DNA from: Candidatus Aenigmatarchaeota archaeon
GTDB taxonomy: Archaea; Aenigmatarchaeota; Aenigmatarchaeia; CG10238-14; SpSt-28
Reading direction: 5' to 3'
DNA: 64,000 nucleotides
NCBI GenBank assembly: GCA_039000725.1
Contig: JAWBNO010000001.1
Span: 258,995 to 322,994 of the forward strand
The stretch's first letter is position 1. Every line of letters starts with the position of its first letter. The notes beneath the pieces were generated by a model. It was not told the origin of the DNA, made no database searches, and was given only the letters and a program-made list of their open reading frames with translations. Of the stretch, positions 50,101 through 59,922 are shown piece by piece. The translations under genes were made by a program, and so were the position numbers.

Positions 50101-51369
50101 AGAAAAATCATAAATTGCATTTTCTTTAGAAAAAACTATTGGAATTTTTAATAACGATGCTATTTGCGATGCTATTACGTATTTTTCAAATGTGTCAGCA
50201 TAAATGCCTTTCTTATTTTCAAAAAACTCTAAAAAATCTTTATAATCAATTTTTGTTCCATTTTCTACTTCAACATTTCCAAGTAAAAATATTTTTTCTG
50301 GTTTATAATTTTCTATAAACCACTCTATACTTTCTTTATATTTTTCATCATATACCAAAACTGGCACTTTAAAAGGAGAAATTGATATAATGTTTTTCCA
50401 ATCATTATCAACAACAAACAAAGTTTTGTTGTAAATTTCAGCTTTTCTAATTGAATAACATACAGTTTCATTTAAAGTTTCATTCAAATATACAACTACT
50501 TTTATGCAATAATCTCCAAAAGTTTGATTTAATGAAGTTTTTATTCTCAATTCTTCACTAGCGTTTTGAGAAAGTAAAAGTTCGTCATTAACGAAAATGT
50601 CGATTGAGAAATTATTTAATGGAAAAATAGCAACAACATCTAAAGGTATTTGGGTATAGTTAGAAAAAGAAAAATAGGTTTTGTTAGAGGGGGAAATTAC
50701 TTTTATTTTATTTATTGATAACAAAAGGTCAATAATGTTAGAGCAAATAAGTTCACAATTGGTAGTATTTATCCATCCCCCACATCCAAGAGAAAAGCCA
50801 AAAATATTTAAATTTTTTGAAGAAAAAAGTATTATCCACGAATTTTCTTTTATTTTTAACCAAGCATAATAATTGGATTCGTTCAAATTAGCAGTATATC
50901 CTATATTATAAAGGGCAGATTTACCTAAGTTTATTGAGTCACCAATAGAAAAATTATAAAAGAGAATTGAATTATTTTTCATAACTTCTGATTCTAAAGA
51001 CCCTACATATAGGCTAGAGCTAAATGGTAAATTTAAAATTTTTGTAACTGCAAATACACCTCCATCACCAAATCCAAGAAGTTTACCTCCACACTCTAAA
51101 AAATCTTTTATTCTTTCTTCATACCAATAATACGAGCTATTACGAAAATAATCATATTCTAGAATAATAATGGAATAATCGTTTAAATTTAAAAAAAGAT
51201 TTGTAGAAGTAGAGTAGGGTATTTGCTTCTTTTTTAGAAGGTTTTCTATTAATTGTATATGATCGGGATGTGCCCCATCATGAAAGATTAATACTTTTTC
51301 AGAAAAAACTATATTTTGTATAAAGATAAAAATCGCGTACATTAAGATAATATTTAATAATCTATTCAT
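47035..51369 (-). CDS. Large surface protein with C25 (gingipain)-like region and lamin-tail domain
   Basis: Signal peptide; D..YAD...D...GRLP, GAASFIG and YGDP C25-like motifs; INEIMYNP...EWIEIYN...GGTPG lamin-tail domain; C-terminal TM with basic tail; many NxS/T sequons. Confidence 0.8.
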   Translation of the reverse strand: MNRLLNIILMYAIFIFIQNIVFSEKVLIFHDGAHPDHIQLIENLLKKKQIPYSTSTNLFLNLNDYSIIILEYDYFRNSSYYWYEERIKDFLECGGKLLGFGDGGVFAVTKILNLPFSSSLYVGSLESEVMKNNSILFYNFSIGDSINLGKSALYNIGYTANLNESNYYAWLKIKENSWIILFSSKNLNIFGFSLGCGGWINTTNCELICSNIIDLLLSINKIKVISPSNKTYFSFSNYTQIPLDVVAIFPLNNFSIDIFVNDELLLSQNASEELRIKTSLNQTFGDYCIKVVVYLNETLNETVCYSIRKAEIYNKTLFVVDNDWKNIISISPFKVPVLVYDEKYKESIEWFIENYKPEKIFLLGNVEVENGTKIDYKDFLEFFENKKGIYADTFEKYVIASQIASLLKIPIVFSKENAIYDFSQNTTEEIEDFYISLAKEKNLTLNYLILTNSPYSTIISSVKDGFIIFVNTTNSSEAKNILKNKIQKLNSHGFLLNNSKNIVKGNYLLLFGVPYFEVDDPVEKQKFLGLINVADELDGDKIISDAIYADINNDNYLDLSFGRLPSDESLSSLIFSRIFLETNKNALIASEYLHQNFGIVLVYGGGGMLTGRNIAKILEERGYNANRLVERRTNHISFLQNLKPTQIAKFLITYEGLRKVLEKYASSFLSTIISNLFLTVKGLEFASEALMSYFEYDWSSFSQNYEDVLSYLAEKQTNNESLDITDVINILEILWPKPWPILNSSNLRICLQNSSIIFYEGLGNGSLWILPNNIEQNTNILDYEFWKQIISNYQYNGSNIFEPNDIPYLNSRIVWDNSDFSGIGKMKDEFLKKGAASFIGPSALSYHPFTGEFSSRFFKNGENIGKAFLYAYNSFASDLIFFDILNFNKPGIKQKTLLEFLVYGDPSLPKEGRLEEEKLIKYFDCSERCFLKVEMRPQIDYKNNSVEVNSTENIIEENEPIIPIKRFIYYLPENSTISEENIQVNFTEEKIENITIYRLQTISHSNTTLETNQTSTINKRYKIRINNTIDGRKEVEIVVPLLIFNETENSAVIVKNITISLDYETALDFSIETKNIKLGENATIKFKIFSKVKDRGKLYFEITNSSHILNNTYEFDLEDKSMEININFKPETSGKYKVTAVLEKLDPLIVGPREAYFEVYEEENNQEKYCEPKIRINEIMYNPKGNDKGREWIEIYNYGNCSVNLTNWYFSDKNGNHKIILKLGSEILYPNEYAIISNNFSKILEEYPNFNKTIFQASFNLNNENDTIAIKNSSKIVIDEVTYSKNMGGYDNGKSLELDEKSLIWRESYVDGGTPGLPNRNFNTQPLSFSEKEFTFIKPPESKNLTNITYSNENFEELEENLNETEEIEEEKEKITTSNNKTSKKEKVDSKTTGYFVLNEKILLPIILTLTFSTLLAYFLLSKGKFKKKKINKIIKIKEKTKSK

Positions 51370-51454
51370 AAAATTTAGAAGGTTTTAGAAGAATAGTTCT
51401 TTTCCATAGGATTTACATACGAAAGCATTAATACTTCACTTGATATTATATTTA

Positions 51455-52483
51455 ATGAAATATAGAGTTTTGCTCGTTCATGAAATATTCTATCCTACTT
51501 TTTCTGGTGGGGCTGAAAGAATTTTACTAGAAATAATAGAAAGAATATCCAATTTTTGTTCTGTTACGGTTCTTACCACTGGTGACCCTTCAGTACGATT
51601 TTATAGAGGTATACCAACCTATAGGGTCAAAACACACCGATATTTTTTTAATATTTTTTCGATACCTTACCTTTTTGCTCTCGGAAAAAAGCACGATATA
51701 ATAATTGCGAATACATATCATTCTGCTATACCTTCATTTATCGTAGCAAAAGTATTGAAAAAACCAGTTGTTCTACTAGTTCATGGATGTTATAGATGGA
51801 AATGGCTTTCGATTAGTAGAGTTTATGGAATATTAGCAATATTTTTTGAAAAAATTATATTTTCTCTCCCATTTGATAAAATTATATTTTTTTCTGAATT
51901 TTCTAAACTCGAAGGCTTAAAACTCGGTGCAAAGAATTGTACAGTAATAACACCAGGAATATCAATAAAATCTATCAATATAAAAAATTTGGCAAAAGAA
52001 GATTTTGTGTTGTTTGTGGGAAGGTTAGAAAAACAAAAAGGTATAGACAGATTGATAGAAATAGCTAAACTCCTACCTTCTATAAAATTTATAATTATAG
52101 GTAAAGGAAAATTAAAAGATAAATTATCTAATGTGATTCACTTAGGATTCGTTCCTGATAAGGTTTTAAAAAGATTTTATAGGCAAGCTTTTATTTTTTT
52201 TCTACCATCAAGAGCGGAAACTCTAGGCTATTCAATACTAGAGGCTATGTCTCATGGATGCTTGATAATTTCAACTGTACCTTTAAAGTATCACGGATTT
52301 TGTATCAAGAAATTTAACATTCCTGAAGTTAAGGATATTTTCATAAAAATATATAGGAAGAAAAATAAATACAAAAAAATTGGATTAAAAAATATAGAAA
52401 TAGTCAAGAAATATTACAAGTGGGAAGGTTTTATTTTAAAGTTACTAGGAATAATAAAGAATTTAATTTCCAGAAAAAGGTAA
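51455..52483 (+). CDS. Glycosyltransferase family 4
   Basis: GGAE, FVGRLEKQKG, E.LG...LEAM. Confidence 0.9.
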   Translation: MKYRVLLVHEIFYPTFSGGAERILLEIIERISNFCSVTVLTTGDPSVRFYRGIPTYRVKTHRYFFNIFSIPYLFALGKKHDIIIANTYHSAIPSFIVAKVLKKPVVLLVHGCYRWKWLSISRVYGILAIFFEKIIFSLPFDKIIFFSEFSKLEGLKLGAKNCTVITPGISIKSINIKNLAKEDFVLFVGRLEKQKGIDRLIEIAKLLPSIKFIIIGKGKLKDKLSNVIHLGFVPDKVLKRFYRQAFIFFLPSRAETLGYSILEAMSHGCLIISTVPLKYHGFCIKKFNIPEVKDIFIKIYRKKNKYKKIGLKNIEIVKKYYKWEGFILKLLGIIKNLISRKR

Positions 52484-52489
52484 TATATA

Positions 52490-53074
52490 ATGTCCTCTAT
52501 TAGTGAGAACTCTAAAAGAAAAATTCTAAACGTAGGTTGCGGAGAAGACACTTATGGAACACATTTTGTCGATTTGTATCCAACTAGAAAGGAAGTAATC
52601 AAATGTAATGTTGATAAAGAAAAGTTACCTTTTCCTAACAATTATTTCGATGAGATTTATTCAAAAAATTTGTTAGAACATCTAAGAAATCCTGGTTTTT
52701 TCCTTGAAGAAGCTTATAGAGTTTTAAAGAAAGGTGGAAAGATTGTTTTGATTACAGATAATGCTGGTTTTTGGGAGTTTCACGTTCTGGGCACACATGT
52801 TAGACCAAAACTGAGAATAAAAAGGCTAAAGTTCTATGAGGGTATGGGAGAATTAGATACGCATTATTGTCTCTATACTAAGGAGCATCTAGTTAATCAT
52901 CTTAGATTCGTCGGATTTAGAATCGTTAAAGTTGAGTTTATTGATTTTAATAGAGGTAAAGAAGAGTTAGGGAAATTTAGAATACTATTGGATATATTTC
53001 TAAGAATTTTAAGAATTTTTAAAATACTTGAAAACTTTTCTTATCCCAGAATTAAAATTATAGGTATGAAATAA
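52490..53074 (+). CDS. Class I SAM-dependent methyltransferase
   Basis: LNVGCG, LPFPNNYFD, LEHL, RVLKKGG. Confidence 0.88.
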   Translation: MSSISENSKRKILNVGCGEDTYGTHFVDLYPTRKEVIKCNVDKEKLPFPNNYFDEIYSKNLLEHLRNPGFFLEEAYRVLKKGGKIVLITDNAGFWEFHVLGTHVRPKLRIKRLKFYEGMGELDTHYCLYTKEHLVNHLRFVGFRIVKVEFIDFNRGKEELGKFRILLDIFLRILRIFKILENFSYPRIKIIGMK

Positions 53075-53077
53075 TTT

Positions 53078-54178
53078 ATGAGGATAGCGATTTTTTACGA
53101 TTTTATAATAGAAAGGGGTGGAGTGGAAAGAGTTATTAAAACAATTTCTAAAAATTTCAAAAGCAAAATATTTACATGTTTTTATGATAAAGATAGAACT
53201 TATCCAGAATTTAGAAATTTAAAAATATTTTCTAATAAAAGTTTTTTTAATAAACCCATAATTTTAAATAGATATGCAAAAATATTAAGAACTTATTATT
53301 TTTTTAACAGACAACTAAAAAACTTTTCAGAGTATATTAATAAAAATTTTGATATAGCACTTTTTTCTGGCTTTTATTCTTTCTATTTTGCAAAATATCT
53401 TAAAATTCCTAAAATTTACTATATTCAAGCCGAGCCATTTTTTATAGCACTAGATAGAATTGGTATGGATATTAAGAGGAATATTTTGTTAAGAAAAATT
53501 ATTAGAAAAATTTACAATTTAGAAAAATTTAGCTTAAGTAAAATGGACTATATAGTTGCTAATTCCTTTTATACTAAAAAAATTTATGAAGATTTTTACA
53601 ATCTAGATGTACAATATGTTGTTTACCCACCAGTAAACATAAAGGGATTTTATTATAGATCTTTGGGAGATTTCTGTCTGTATGTTGGTAGATTATATTT
53701 GCATAAAAGAGTTCATGTGGTTGTAGAGGCGTTTAAGAAAATGGATAATAAGAAGTTAATAATTGTTGGCGATGGTCCACTTAAAAACTATGTAATAAAA
53801 GCTGCGAAAAATCATAAAAATATTTTGTACTTAGGTAATGTCGAAGATAAGACTTTGAAAGAGTTATATTCAACCGCAGAAACTGTAGTATATATTACTG
53901 AAAAAGAACCTTTTGGATTAGTTCCTGTTGAAGCTAATGCATCTGGAAAACCTTGTATTGTTAGTAATGAGGGTGGTTTAAAAGAGATAATTACAAATAA
54001 AAAAGTTGGAGTAAGAATAAACAAACCATATCTTAAGAATTTAGTTAATGTGATAAGTAACAAAAAACATTTAGAATATTGGGATAAAAATGAATGTATT
54101 AAAAACGCAAAAAGATTTGATGAAAAATTTTTTGTAAAAAATTTTGAAAAAATTTTCAGAAAGGTTTATAGAATTTAA
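53078..54178 (+). CDS. Glycosyltransferase family 4
   Basis: GGVERV, YPPV, VGRL...K, EPFGLVPVEA. Confidence 0.92.
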   Translation: MRIAIFYDFIIERGGVERVIKTISKNFKSKIFTCFYDKDRTYPEFRNLKIFSNKSFFNKPIILNRYAKILRTYYFFNRQLKNFSEYINKNFDIALFSGFYSFYFAKYLKIPKIYYIQAEPFFIALDRIGMDIKRNILLRKIIRKIYNLEKFSLSKMDYIVANSFYTKKIYEDFYNLDVQYVVYPPVNIKGFYYRSLGDFCLYVGRLYLHKRVHVVVEAFKKMDNKKLIIVGDGPLKNYVIKAAKNHKNILYLGNVEDKTLKELYSTAETVVYITEKEPFGLVPVEANASGKPCIVSNEGGLKEIITNKKVGVRINKPYLKNLVNVISNKKHLEYWDKNECIKNAKRFDEKFFVKNFEKIFRKVYRI

Positions 54179-54200
54179 GTTAATTAGTAGTATATATTTA

Positions 54201-55709
54201 ATGAACGAAAAGAAAAAATTAGTATCTAATACTTTTTACCTCTTTTTAAACTGGTTTTTACTTTCTGTTATAAATTTTTTCTTTTGGTCAATTGTAGGAA
54301 AATTCTTAAACCCAAATGAGTATGGAATAGCAACTACAGCAATAAATTTTTCTATATTTTTAAGTGGAATATCCTTAATTGGTCTAACCTCCGCTATAAG
54401 CAAATTAATACCTGAATATCTTGCGAAAAAACAAGAAAAGAAAGTATTTTCTTTGATAAATTTTTCAGCAAAAATAATTTTTTTCTCTAACGTTTTCATA
54501 ATAGTTATACTAATAATTCTAGCTCCAAAAATTTCAGAAATTATAAAAGTACCAAAAGATTCAATTTATCTAATTTCAATAACAATATTTATTCTATCTT
54601 TATCATCAATTTTAGGTTCTATAATTTATGGTTATCAAAATATGAGAGTTTTTATGTACACAGATTTGATTGGAACTTTAGCTAAATTTATTCTAGTCAT
54701 TTCTTTATTTCAAATAGGTTTCAATTACTATGCACCTATAATAAGCTTCATGATAGGTTATCTATTAGTTTCAATACTTAGAATTAGTAAAGTAAAGCTA
54801 GAAAAAAATGGTTTTATAGATGGTAAAAAAGTAGTGGCAAATTATGCACTACCCGCTTTTATATCAGGCTTAGCTATGAATATTTTCTATTATTCTCAAT
54901 ATTTTCTTTTATCATCAATTAAAACAACGTATCAAACAGGAATATTTAGTGTAGCTATGATAATTTCAAGCATAATATTGACAGTCCCGAATATTTTAAC
55001 ATCAGCCTTATTTCCAATAACATCTTACTTATCTGTTTGGAAAAATAAAAAAAGAAATCAAGCATACTTGATTGAAAAAATTATAAGATATGCATTTTTT
55101 ACAACTTTACCATTAGCTATGTTTTTAGTTATATTTTCTCGCCAAATTATATTAATATTTTCTAGCAAAATGTACTTAGAATCAAATGATATACTCAAAA
55201 TTCTTGTGTTTTCGAACTTACTATTTGGTATAGGGAATATATTTAACCAAAATCTTTATGCTATAGGTAAGGCAAAGTTACAAAGAAATATAGTTTTGGT
55301 TTCAGTTCTAACATTTCTTGTATTAGCATTTCCTTTAACAGAAAAATTTTCTTACTACGGAATGGTATTCTCATATCTAGTTTCTACATTATTTTTTATA
55401 ATTCTTTCTTATATTTTTATTAAGAAATTTATAGGAATTAAATTTCCAATTAATGATGTTTTTAAAATTTTATTCTCGTCTTTAATTTCATTTTCTATTT
55501 TGTATATTTTTGTGAAAATATCAACTTCAATTGTTTTAGAATTTATATTTTTGATTTTCACTCTATTTTTGTATTTACTAATATTGAGATTTTTAAAATT
55601 CTATGAAAATGAAGACAAAAAAATTTTAAGATATTTTTCTTCTAAGGTTTCAAATAATAAATTTGCTATAAAAATTTTATCATTAATAGAGAAATTCCTT
55701 GGCTTTTAA
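54201..55709 (+). CDS. Oligosaccharide flippase (Wzx/MOP family)
   Basis: About 14 TM segments, L.PNEYG, TGIF, ALFP; sits in a glycosyltransferase cluster. Confidence 0.88.
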   Translation: MNEKKKLVSNTFYLFLNWFLLSVINFFFWSIVGKFLNPNEYGIATTAINFSIFLSGISLIGLTSAISKLIPEYLAKKQEKKVFSLINFSAKIIFFSNVFIIVILIILAPKISEIIKVPKDSIYLISITIFILSLSSILGSIIYGYQNMRVFMYTDLIGTLAKFILVISLFQIGFNYYAPIISFMIGYLLVSILRISKVKLEKNGFIDGKKVVANYALPAFISGLAMNIFYYSQYFLLSSIKTTYQTGIFSVAMIISSIILTVPNILTSALFPITSYLSVWKNKKRNQAYLIEKIIRYAFFTTLPLAMFLVIFSRQIILIFSSKMYLESNDILKILVFSNLLFGIGNIFNQNLYAIGKAKLQRNIVLVSVLTFLVLAFPLTEKFSYYGMVFSYLVSTLFFIILSYIFIKKFIGIKFPINDVFKILFSSLISFSILYIFVKISTSIVLEFIFLIFTLFLYLLILRFLKFYENEDKKILRYFSSKVSNNKFAIKILSLIEKFLGF

Positions 55710-55730
55710 CTTTTTTTAAAAATATAAAAT

Positions 55731-56378
55731 ATGGAAAAATTTGATGTATGTATTCCAACTCTAAATTCTGGTAAAACTTTAGAAAGGTGTCTTAAAAAAA
55801 TAGTTGAAATAATTCCATATAGAAAAATAATAATAGCTGATGGATATAGTAAAGACAATACAGTAGAAATTGCAAAAAAGTATGGATGCGAAATTTTTAG
55901 AACTAAAAAAAGCTTGGGAGAGGTTAGAGAAGAACTGATTAAAAGAGTAAAAACAGAGTGGTTTTTCTTTATAGATGCTGATATAGAAATAAATGAAAAA
56001 TGGTTTAAAATTTTAGTTAAAAATAGAAATAAAAATATTGGAGCGATACATGGTTTTGGATTGACTTATGGTTTTATTGGATTTTTTAGGAAATTAATAA
56101 TATTTCTTAAAATTAAATTTGGAATAGATCAAAGAGGATTCACTTCAAACACTCTAATTAATAAAAATGCAGTTAAAAGAGTAAAGCTACCCAAAGTTAA
56201 AAGATTAGAAGATATAGTTTTGCAAGAGCATATTAGAAAAAATGGATATGAATGGAAATTTGTTTTAGCTTTTTGTAAACATATGAAATCTGAAAAAAGA
56301 ATAATTAAAGAAGCATTGAGAGATTTAAAAAATCTAACAAAAGAAAAAGGTTTGATTGAAGCAATTCTTAGAATTTAG
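55731..56378 (+). CDS. Glycosyltransferase family 2
   Basis: IPTLN, DGYSKDNT, FIDAD, ED. Confidence 0.9.
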   Translation: MEKFDVCIPTLNSGKTLERCLKKIVEIIPYRKIIIADGYSKDNTVEIAKKYGCEIFRTKKSLGEVREELIKRVKTEWFFFIDADIEINEKWFKILVKNRNKNIGAIHGFGLTYGFIGFFRKLIIFLKIKFGIDQRGFTSNTLINKNAVKRVKLPKVKRLEDIVLQEHIRKNGYEWKFVLAFCKHMKSEKRIIKEALRDLKNLTKEKGLIEAILRI

Positions 56379-56387
56379 TTATAATTT

Positions 56388-56463
56388 TGGGGCCGCTGGG
56401 ATTTGAACCCAGGACCTCGGGTACCCGAAACCCGCGTGCTAGACCAAGCTACACTACGGCCCC
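56388..56463 (-). tRNA. tRNA-Pro(CGG)
   Basis: Reverse complement GGGGCCG...CGGGT-TT-CGG-GT-ACCCG...TTCAAAT...CGGCCCCA. Confidence 0.96.
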
Positions 56464-56520
56464 ATAAGAAAATTTGTTTGAAATTTTAACATTTTTTAAA
56501 AGATAAAATAAAAAAATAGA

Positions 56521-57198
56521 ATGAGTTTTAATAAAAAGTTTTCTAATTGCTTAAGAATTGTAGAAAAAATTGAAGATAGAGAAATAACATGTTTTGTTTT
56601 TAGAAAAAATGTAAAATACACAAGATTAGAGTTTAGAGAAAATTGTTTACACTTGATAGTTCCGTATTGGTTTTTTGATTTTAGAAAAATAATTGAGAAA
56701 AAAAGAAAGTGGATTTTGAAAAAAATAGAAATGATTGAAAAATATTTAGATGATGAAAAAGAAAATCTAGAAAAATTTATTTTATTCGGCAAACCATTTG
56801 ATTTAAAGGATTTTAACTTTGACCAAAATAATGAAAATAAAACAATAAAATTTTTGAAAAATATTCTATTAGAAAAAATAGAAAAAATAGCTAAAGAATA
56901 TTCTGAAAAATTGGGGGTTAAATATAATAAAATAATAGTAAGAAACCAAAAAACCAAATGGGGCAGTTGTTCTTCTAAGGGGAACTTAAGTTTTAATATT
57001 AAGGCGATATCTTTACCAGAAAATTTACTTAGATATTTAGTTTATCATGAAGTTGCTCATTTAATAGAAAAAAATCATGGGAACGGATTTATATCTTTAA
57101 TTAAAAAAGAATTTCCAGACTATGAAATTCTAGAAAAAGAGTTAGAAAAATATTGGATTGTTTTTAATGCTAATATTTGGTGGAAAAAAATTATTTGA
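56521..57198 (+). CDS. YgjP/DUF45 (M48-like) metal-dependent hydrolase
   Basis: KTKWGSCS, YLVYHEVAHL, NH...F. Confidence 0.88.
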   Translation: MSFNKKFSNCLRIVEKIEDREITCFVFRKNVKYTRLEFRENCLHLIVPYWFFDFRKIIEKKRKWILKKIEMIEKYLDDEKENLEKFILFGKPFDLKDFNFDQNNENKTIKFLKNILLEKIEKIAKEYSEKLGVKYNKIIVRNQKTKWGSCSSKGNLSFNIKAISLPENLLRYLVYHEVAHLIEKNHGNGFISLIKKEFPDYEILEKELEKYWIVFNANIWWKKII

Positions 57199-57921
57199 TT
57201 ATTCAGAAAATTTTCTTGCTATTATTAAAAAGCCAGTATGTATAATGCCCTTAGTTTTCGGTCTAAGTGTTTTTTCATATTGCCATTCTCTAACAATATT
57301 TTCAAAAATATTTATGCTATATTTTTTAATTTTTGAGAGAGCTTTTACATTTTTTAGCAAATGATTAACTGTAGGAGAATAAATTACTATAAAACCACCA
57401 ACTAAGATTTTACTATCTATAAATTTTAAAATTTTATCAGAATTTTCAAAATCGAGTAAAGCCATATTAAAATTCTTTTCTTTACATTTTCTAACATCTC
57501 CAAAAATTAAAACAATATTATCAAGTTCGCAAAATTCAAAATTTTCTTTTGCAATTTTGTAAAATCTTTCATCTTTTTCGTAAGTATAAACTTTACCTTT
57601 TGTTAAAAAGTTTGCCAAAAATATAGAAGAAAAACCACTTCCAGTACCAGCATCTAAAACTTTCCAATTTGGTTTTAAGCCAGTAAAAGCTATTATTAAT
57701 GCAATATCTTTTGGAAGAATTACTTGAGCACCCCTCTTTAAATTTTCAATTATATCTATCAAATTTGGCTCAACAACAAAAAATTCTTTTCCTAAGTGAG
57801 ATTTAATTTTTTTCCCTAATTTTACTTTAGAAGTATCTATTATTCCAAAATGAGTAGAAATTTTCTTTCCAATTTCAGCTAAAATTTTTGTTTCTTTATT
57901 TATTAAAACTACTTTTTTCAT
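57199..57921 (-). CDS. trmI: tRNA (adenine-N1)-methyltransferase TrmI
   Basis: THFG, RGAQVILPKD, DAGTGSG, RP....HTGFL. Confidence 0.92.
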   Translation of the reverse strand: MKKVVLINKETKILAEIGKKISTHFGIIDTSKVKLGKKIKSHLGKEFFVVEPNLIDIIENLKRGAQVILPKDIALIIAFTGLKPNWKVLDAGTGSGFSSIFLANFLTKGKVYTYEKDERFYKIAKENFEFCELDNIVLIFGDVRKCKEKNFNMALLDFENSDKILKFIDSKILVGGFIVIYSPTVNHLLKNVKALSKIKKYSINIFENIVREWQYEKTLRPKTKGIIHTGFLIIARKFSE

Positions 57922-57957
57922 AAAATTTTTTATTTTGCAGACTTATGAAAATTTATT

Positions 57958-58911
57958 ATGATAAGGAAACATAAAAAATTAATATTGTTAATTTTTTTTA
58001 TCGGTTTATTATTAAGAATATTTTTTTGTTTTTCCCCATATTTTTCTTATGATGAGATAGAATTTTTTAATTTTGATTTAAGTATTAGTAATCAGAGACC
58101 GCCTTTTATTTTTTCTTTTTCAACATTTTTTCAGAATAAAATAATAGCAAGAATATTGTTAACAATTTTATCAACAACTACACTTTTATTAATTTCGCCA
58201 ATCTCTAGGAAAATATTGAATGATAAGATGATGCCTTTTTTATTTCTTATTTTTAACCCACTTCATATAAGGCTTTCTTCTATGTATTTAACAGATGCTG
58301 TGTTTTTTTCTTTTGTTGTTATATTTTTCTATTGTTATATTAATCGAAAATACAAGCTTTTACCTATTATTTCATTTACATCAACAACAATTAGATACGA
58401 GGGGCTTATATTAATCATAATCAGTATGATATATTTTTATTTAAAGAAGATTAAACGTCAATTTGTTTTTTCTTTATTTATATCTATTTTTATACTACCA
58501 CTCATTTTAAGAGGAGTAAATCTTTATCAAGTTTCACATAAAATAGATAATCCAGAAGCATCTTACTACTACTACTTATTTACTCCATTTTTGATAACGG
58601 GATTTTTCGCACCATTTGCTTTAATTTCTCTTCTTAAGAACTATAAATTAGATTTGATTTTATTTCTAATATTTATGTCTTTCTCATTTTTTTACTTCAT
58701 TTTTAAAATTGGTTCAACTTTTGCTGATAGATTTAGATACGTATTGCCAACTTTATTACCATCTTCAATCTACATTTCAAAATATTTTGAAAACAAAAAA
58801 AGCTATTTCTATGTAATTTTGATTTTAAATTTAGTATTCTTAATTTATTTGTGGGAATATAGAATATTTAGAGAAAGTGTCAAATATTTAATACAAAAAA
58901 TTTTATTTTGA
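57958..58911 (+). CDS. GT-C-like polytopic membrane protein (PMT-like)
   Basis: DE after TM1, RPP, NPLH, RYEG, RY motifs. Confidence 0.65.
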   Translation: MIRKHKKLILLIFFIGLLLRIFFCFSPYFSYDEIEFFNFDLSISNQRPPFIFSFSTFFQNKIIARILLTILSTTTLLLISPISRKILNDKMMPFLFLIFNPLHIRLSSMYLTDAVFFSFVVIFFYCYINRKYKLLPIISFTSTTIRYEGLILIIISMIYFYLKKIKRQFVFSLFISIFILPLILRGVNLYQVSHKIDNPEASYYYYLFTPFLITGFFAPFALISLLKNYKLDLILFLIFMSFSFFYFIFKIGSTFADRFRYVLPTLLPSSIYISKYFENKKSYFYVILILNLVFLIYLWEYRIFRESVKYLIQKILF

Positions 58912-59862
58912 AATTTCTTTTTCAAGTTTCTTTAAAGCTTCAATTCTTTTATAGGTTAATGGATGAGTTGAAAATATTTCTGAAAATCTGATTAATGGAT
59001 TTTTCTTTTCCCATTCAATAGCTTCTTTGAGTTCTTTATCACTAATTTCAAAATCTTCATAAGCTTTACTTAATTCTGCTAATTCTTTTGTTGCAGAGAC
59101 CGGATCTGCTATGTAGAAAGATCTAACTGCAGAATTTTCAACTCTATCTGTTGAAATACTTAACCCATATGTAATTTTTGCTAATGCTCTTGCTAATAAA
59201 CTTGGCTTTGTGTTTTTACCAGAAAATCTATCTGCATAATACTCTCTTAATCTTGAAAGATACAAAACAAACAAATTTGATATAAAGTAAATTAGAAATG
59301 AAATAAATCCAATTAGTATTGCAGCACCAGTTTTTCTTTCATTCCTTTCTCTAGAAGGTGTAAATATTAAAAATCTTGCTATGAAATAGAAAATTATTGG
59401 AATAGCAGAAACAATAGTCATAACAACCATATCTTTATGATTTATGTGACCAATTTCATGAGCTATTACAGCTTCAACTTCTTCTTTTGTTAAAGTATTT
59501 AATAAACCTCTAGTTATAACTAAATTTGCAGATTTCGGTGTTCTTCCGAAAACAAAAGCATTTGGTGCACCAATATTAGCTATATAAATTTTTGGAATAG
59601 GTGTTTTAGTTTTTTTACATAAATTTTCTACAATATCATAAATCCATTCCGCTTCACTTCTTTTTAACTCTCTCATATTTGTAGTCCACTTAATTATATA
59701 TGGACTAATATACCATTGAATTATTACCAAAATTATTGCACCGATTACAGGAATATATCCACTTAAACCAAAATAATAGCTTACTGCAGCTAGAATTGCA
59801 AATAAAAAACCAAATAGCAAAAATATCGTTAAAAACATTGAAAATATAAGTTTCAAGGGCAT
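58903..59862 (-). CDS. htpX: Zinc metalloprotease HtpX
   Basis: PNAF, AHEIGH, SRLREYYAD, FSTHP. Confidence 0.94.
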   Translation of the reverse strand: MPLKLIFSMFLTIFLLFGFLFAILAAVSYYFGLSGYIPVIGAIILVIIQWYISPYIIKWTTNMRELKRSEAEWIYDIVENLCKKTKTPIPKIYIANIGAPNAFVFGRTPKSANLVITRGLLNTLTKEEVEAVIAHEIGHINHKDMVVMTIVSAIPIIFYFIARFLIFTPSRERNERKTGAAILIGFISFLIYFISNLFVLYLSRLREYYADRFSGKNTKPSLLARALAKITYGLSISTDRVENSAVRSFYIADPVSATKELAELSKAYEDFEISDKELKEAIEWEKKNPLIRFSEIFSTHPLTYKRIEALKKLEKEISK

Positions 59863-59922
59863 TAATAATTATTTTTTGCTGGAAATTATAAACTTTATAT
59901 AATATAACTACCTTTAATCTTA

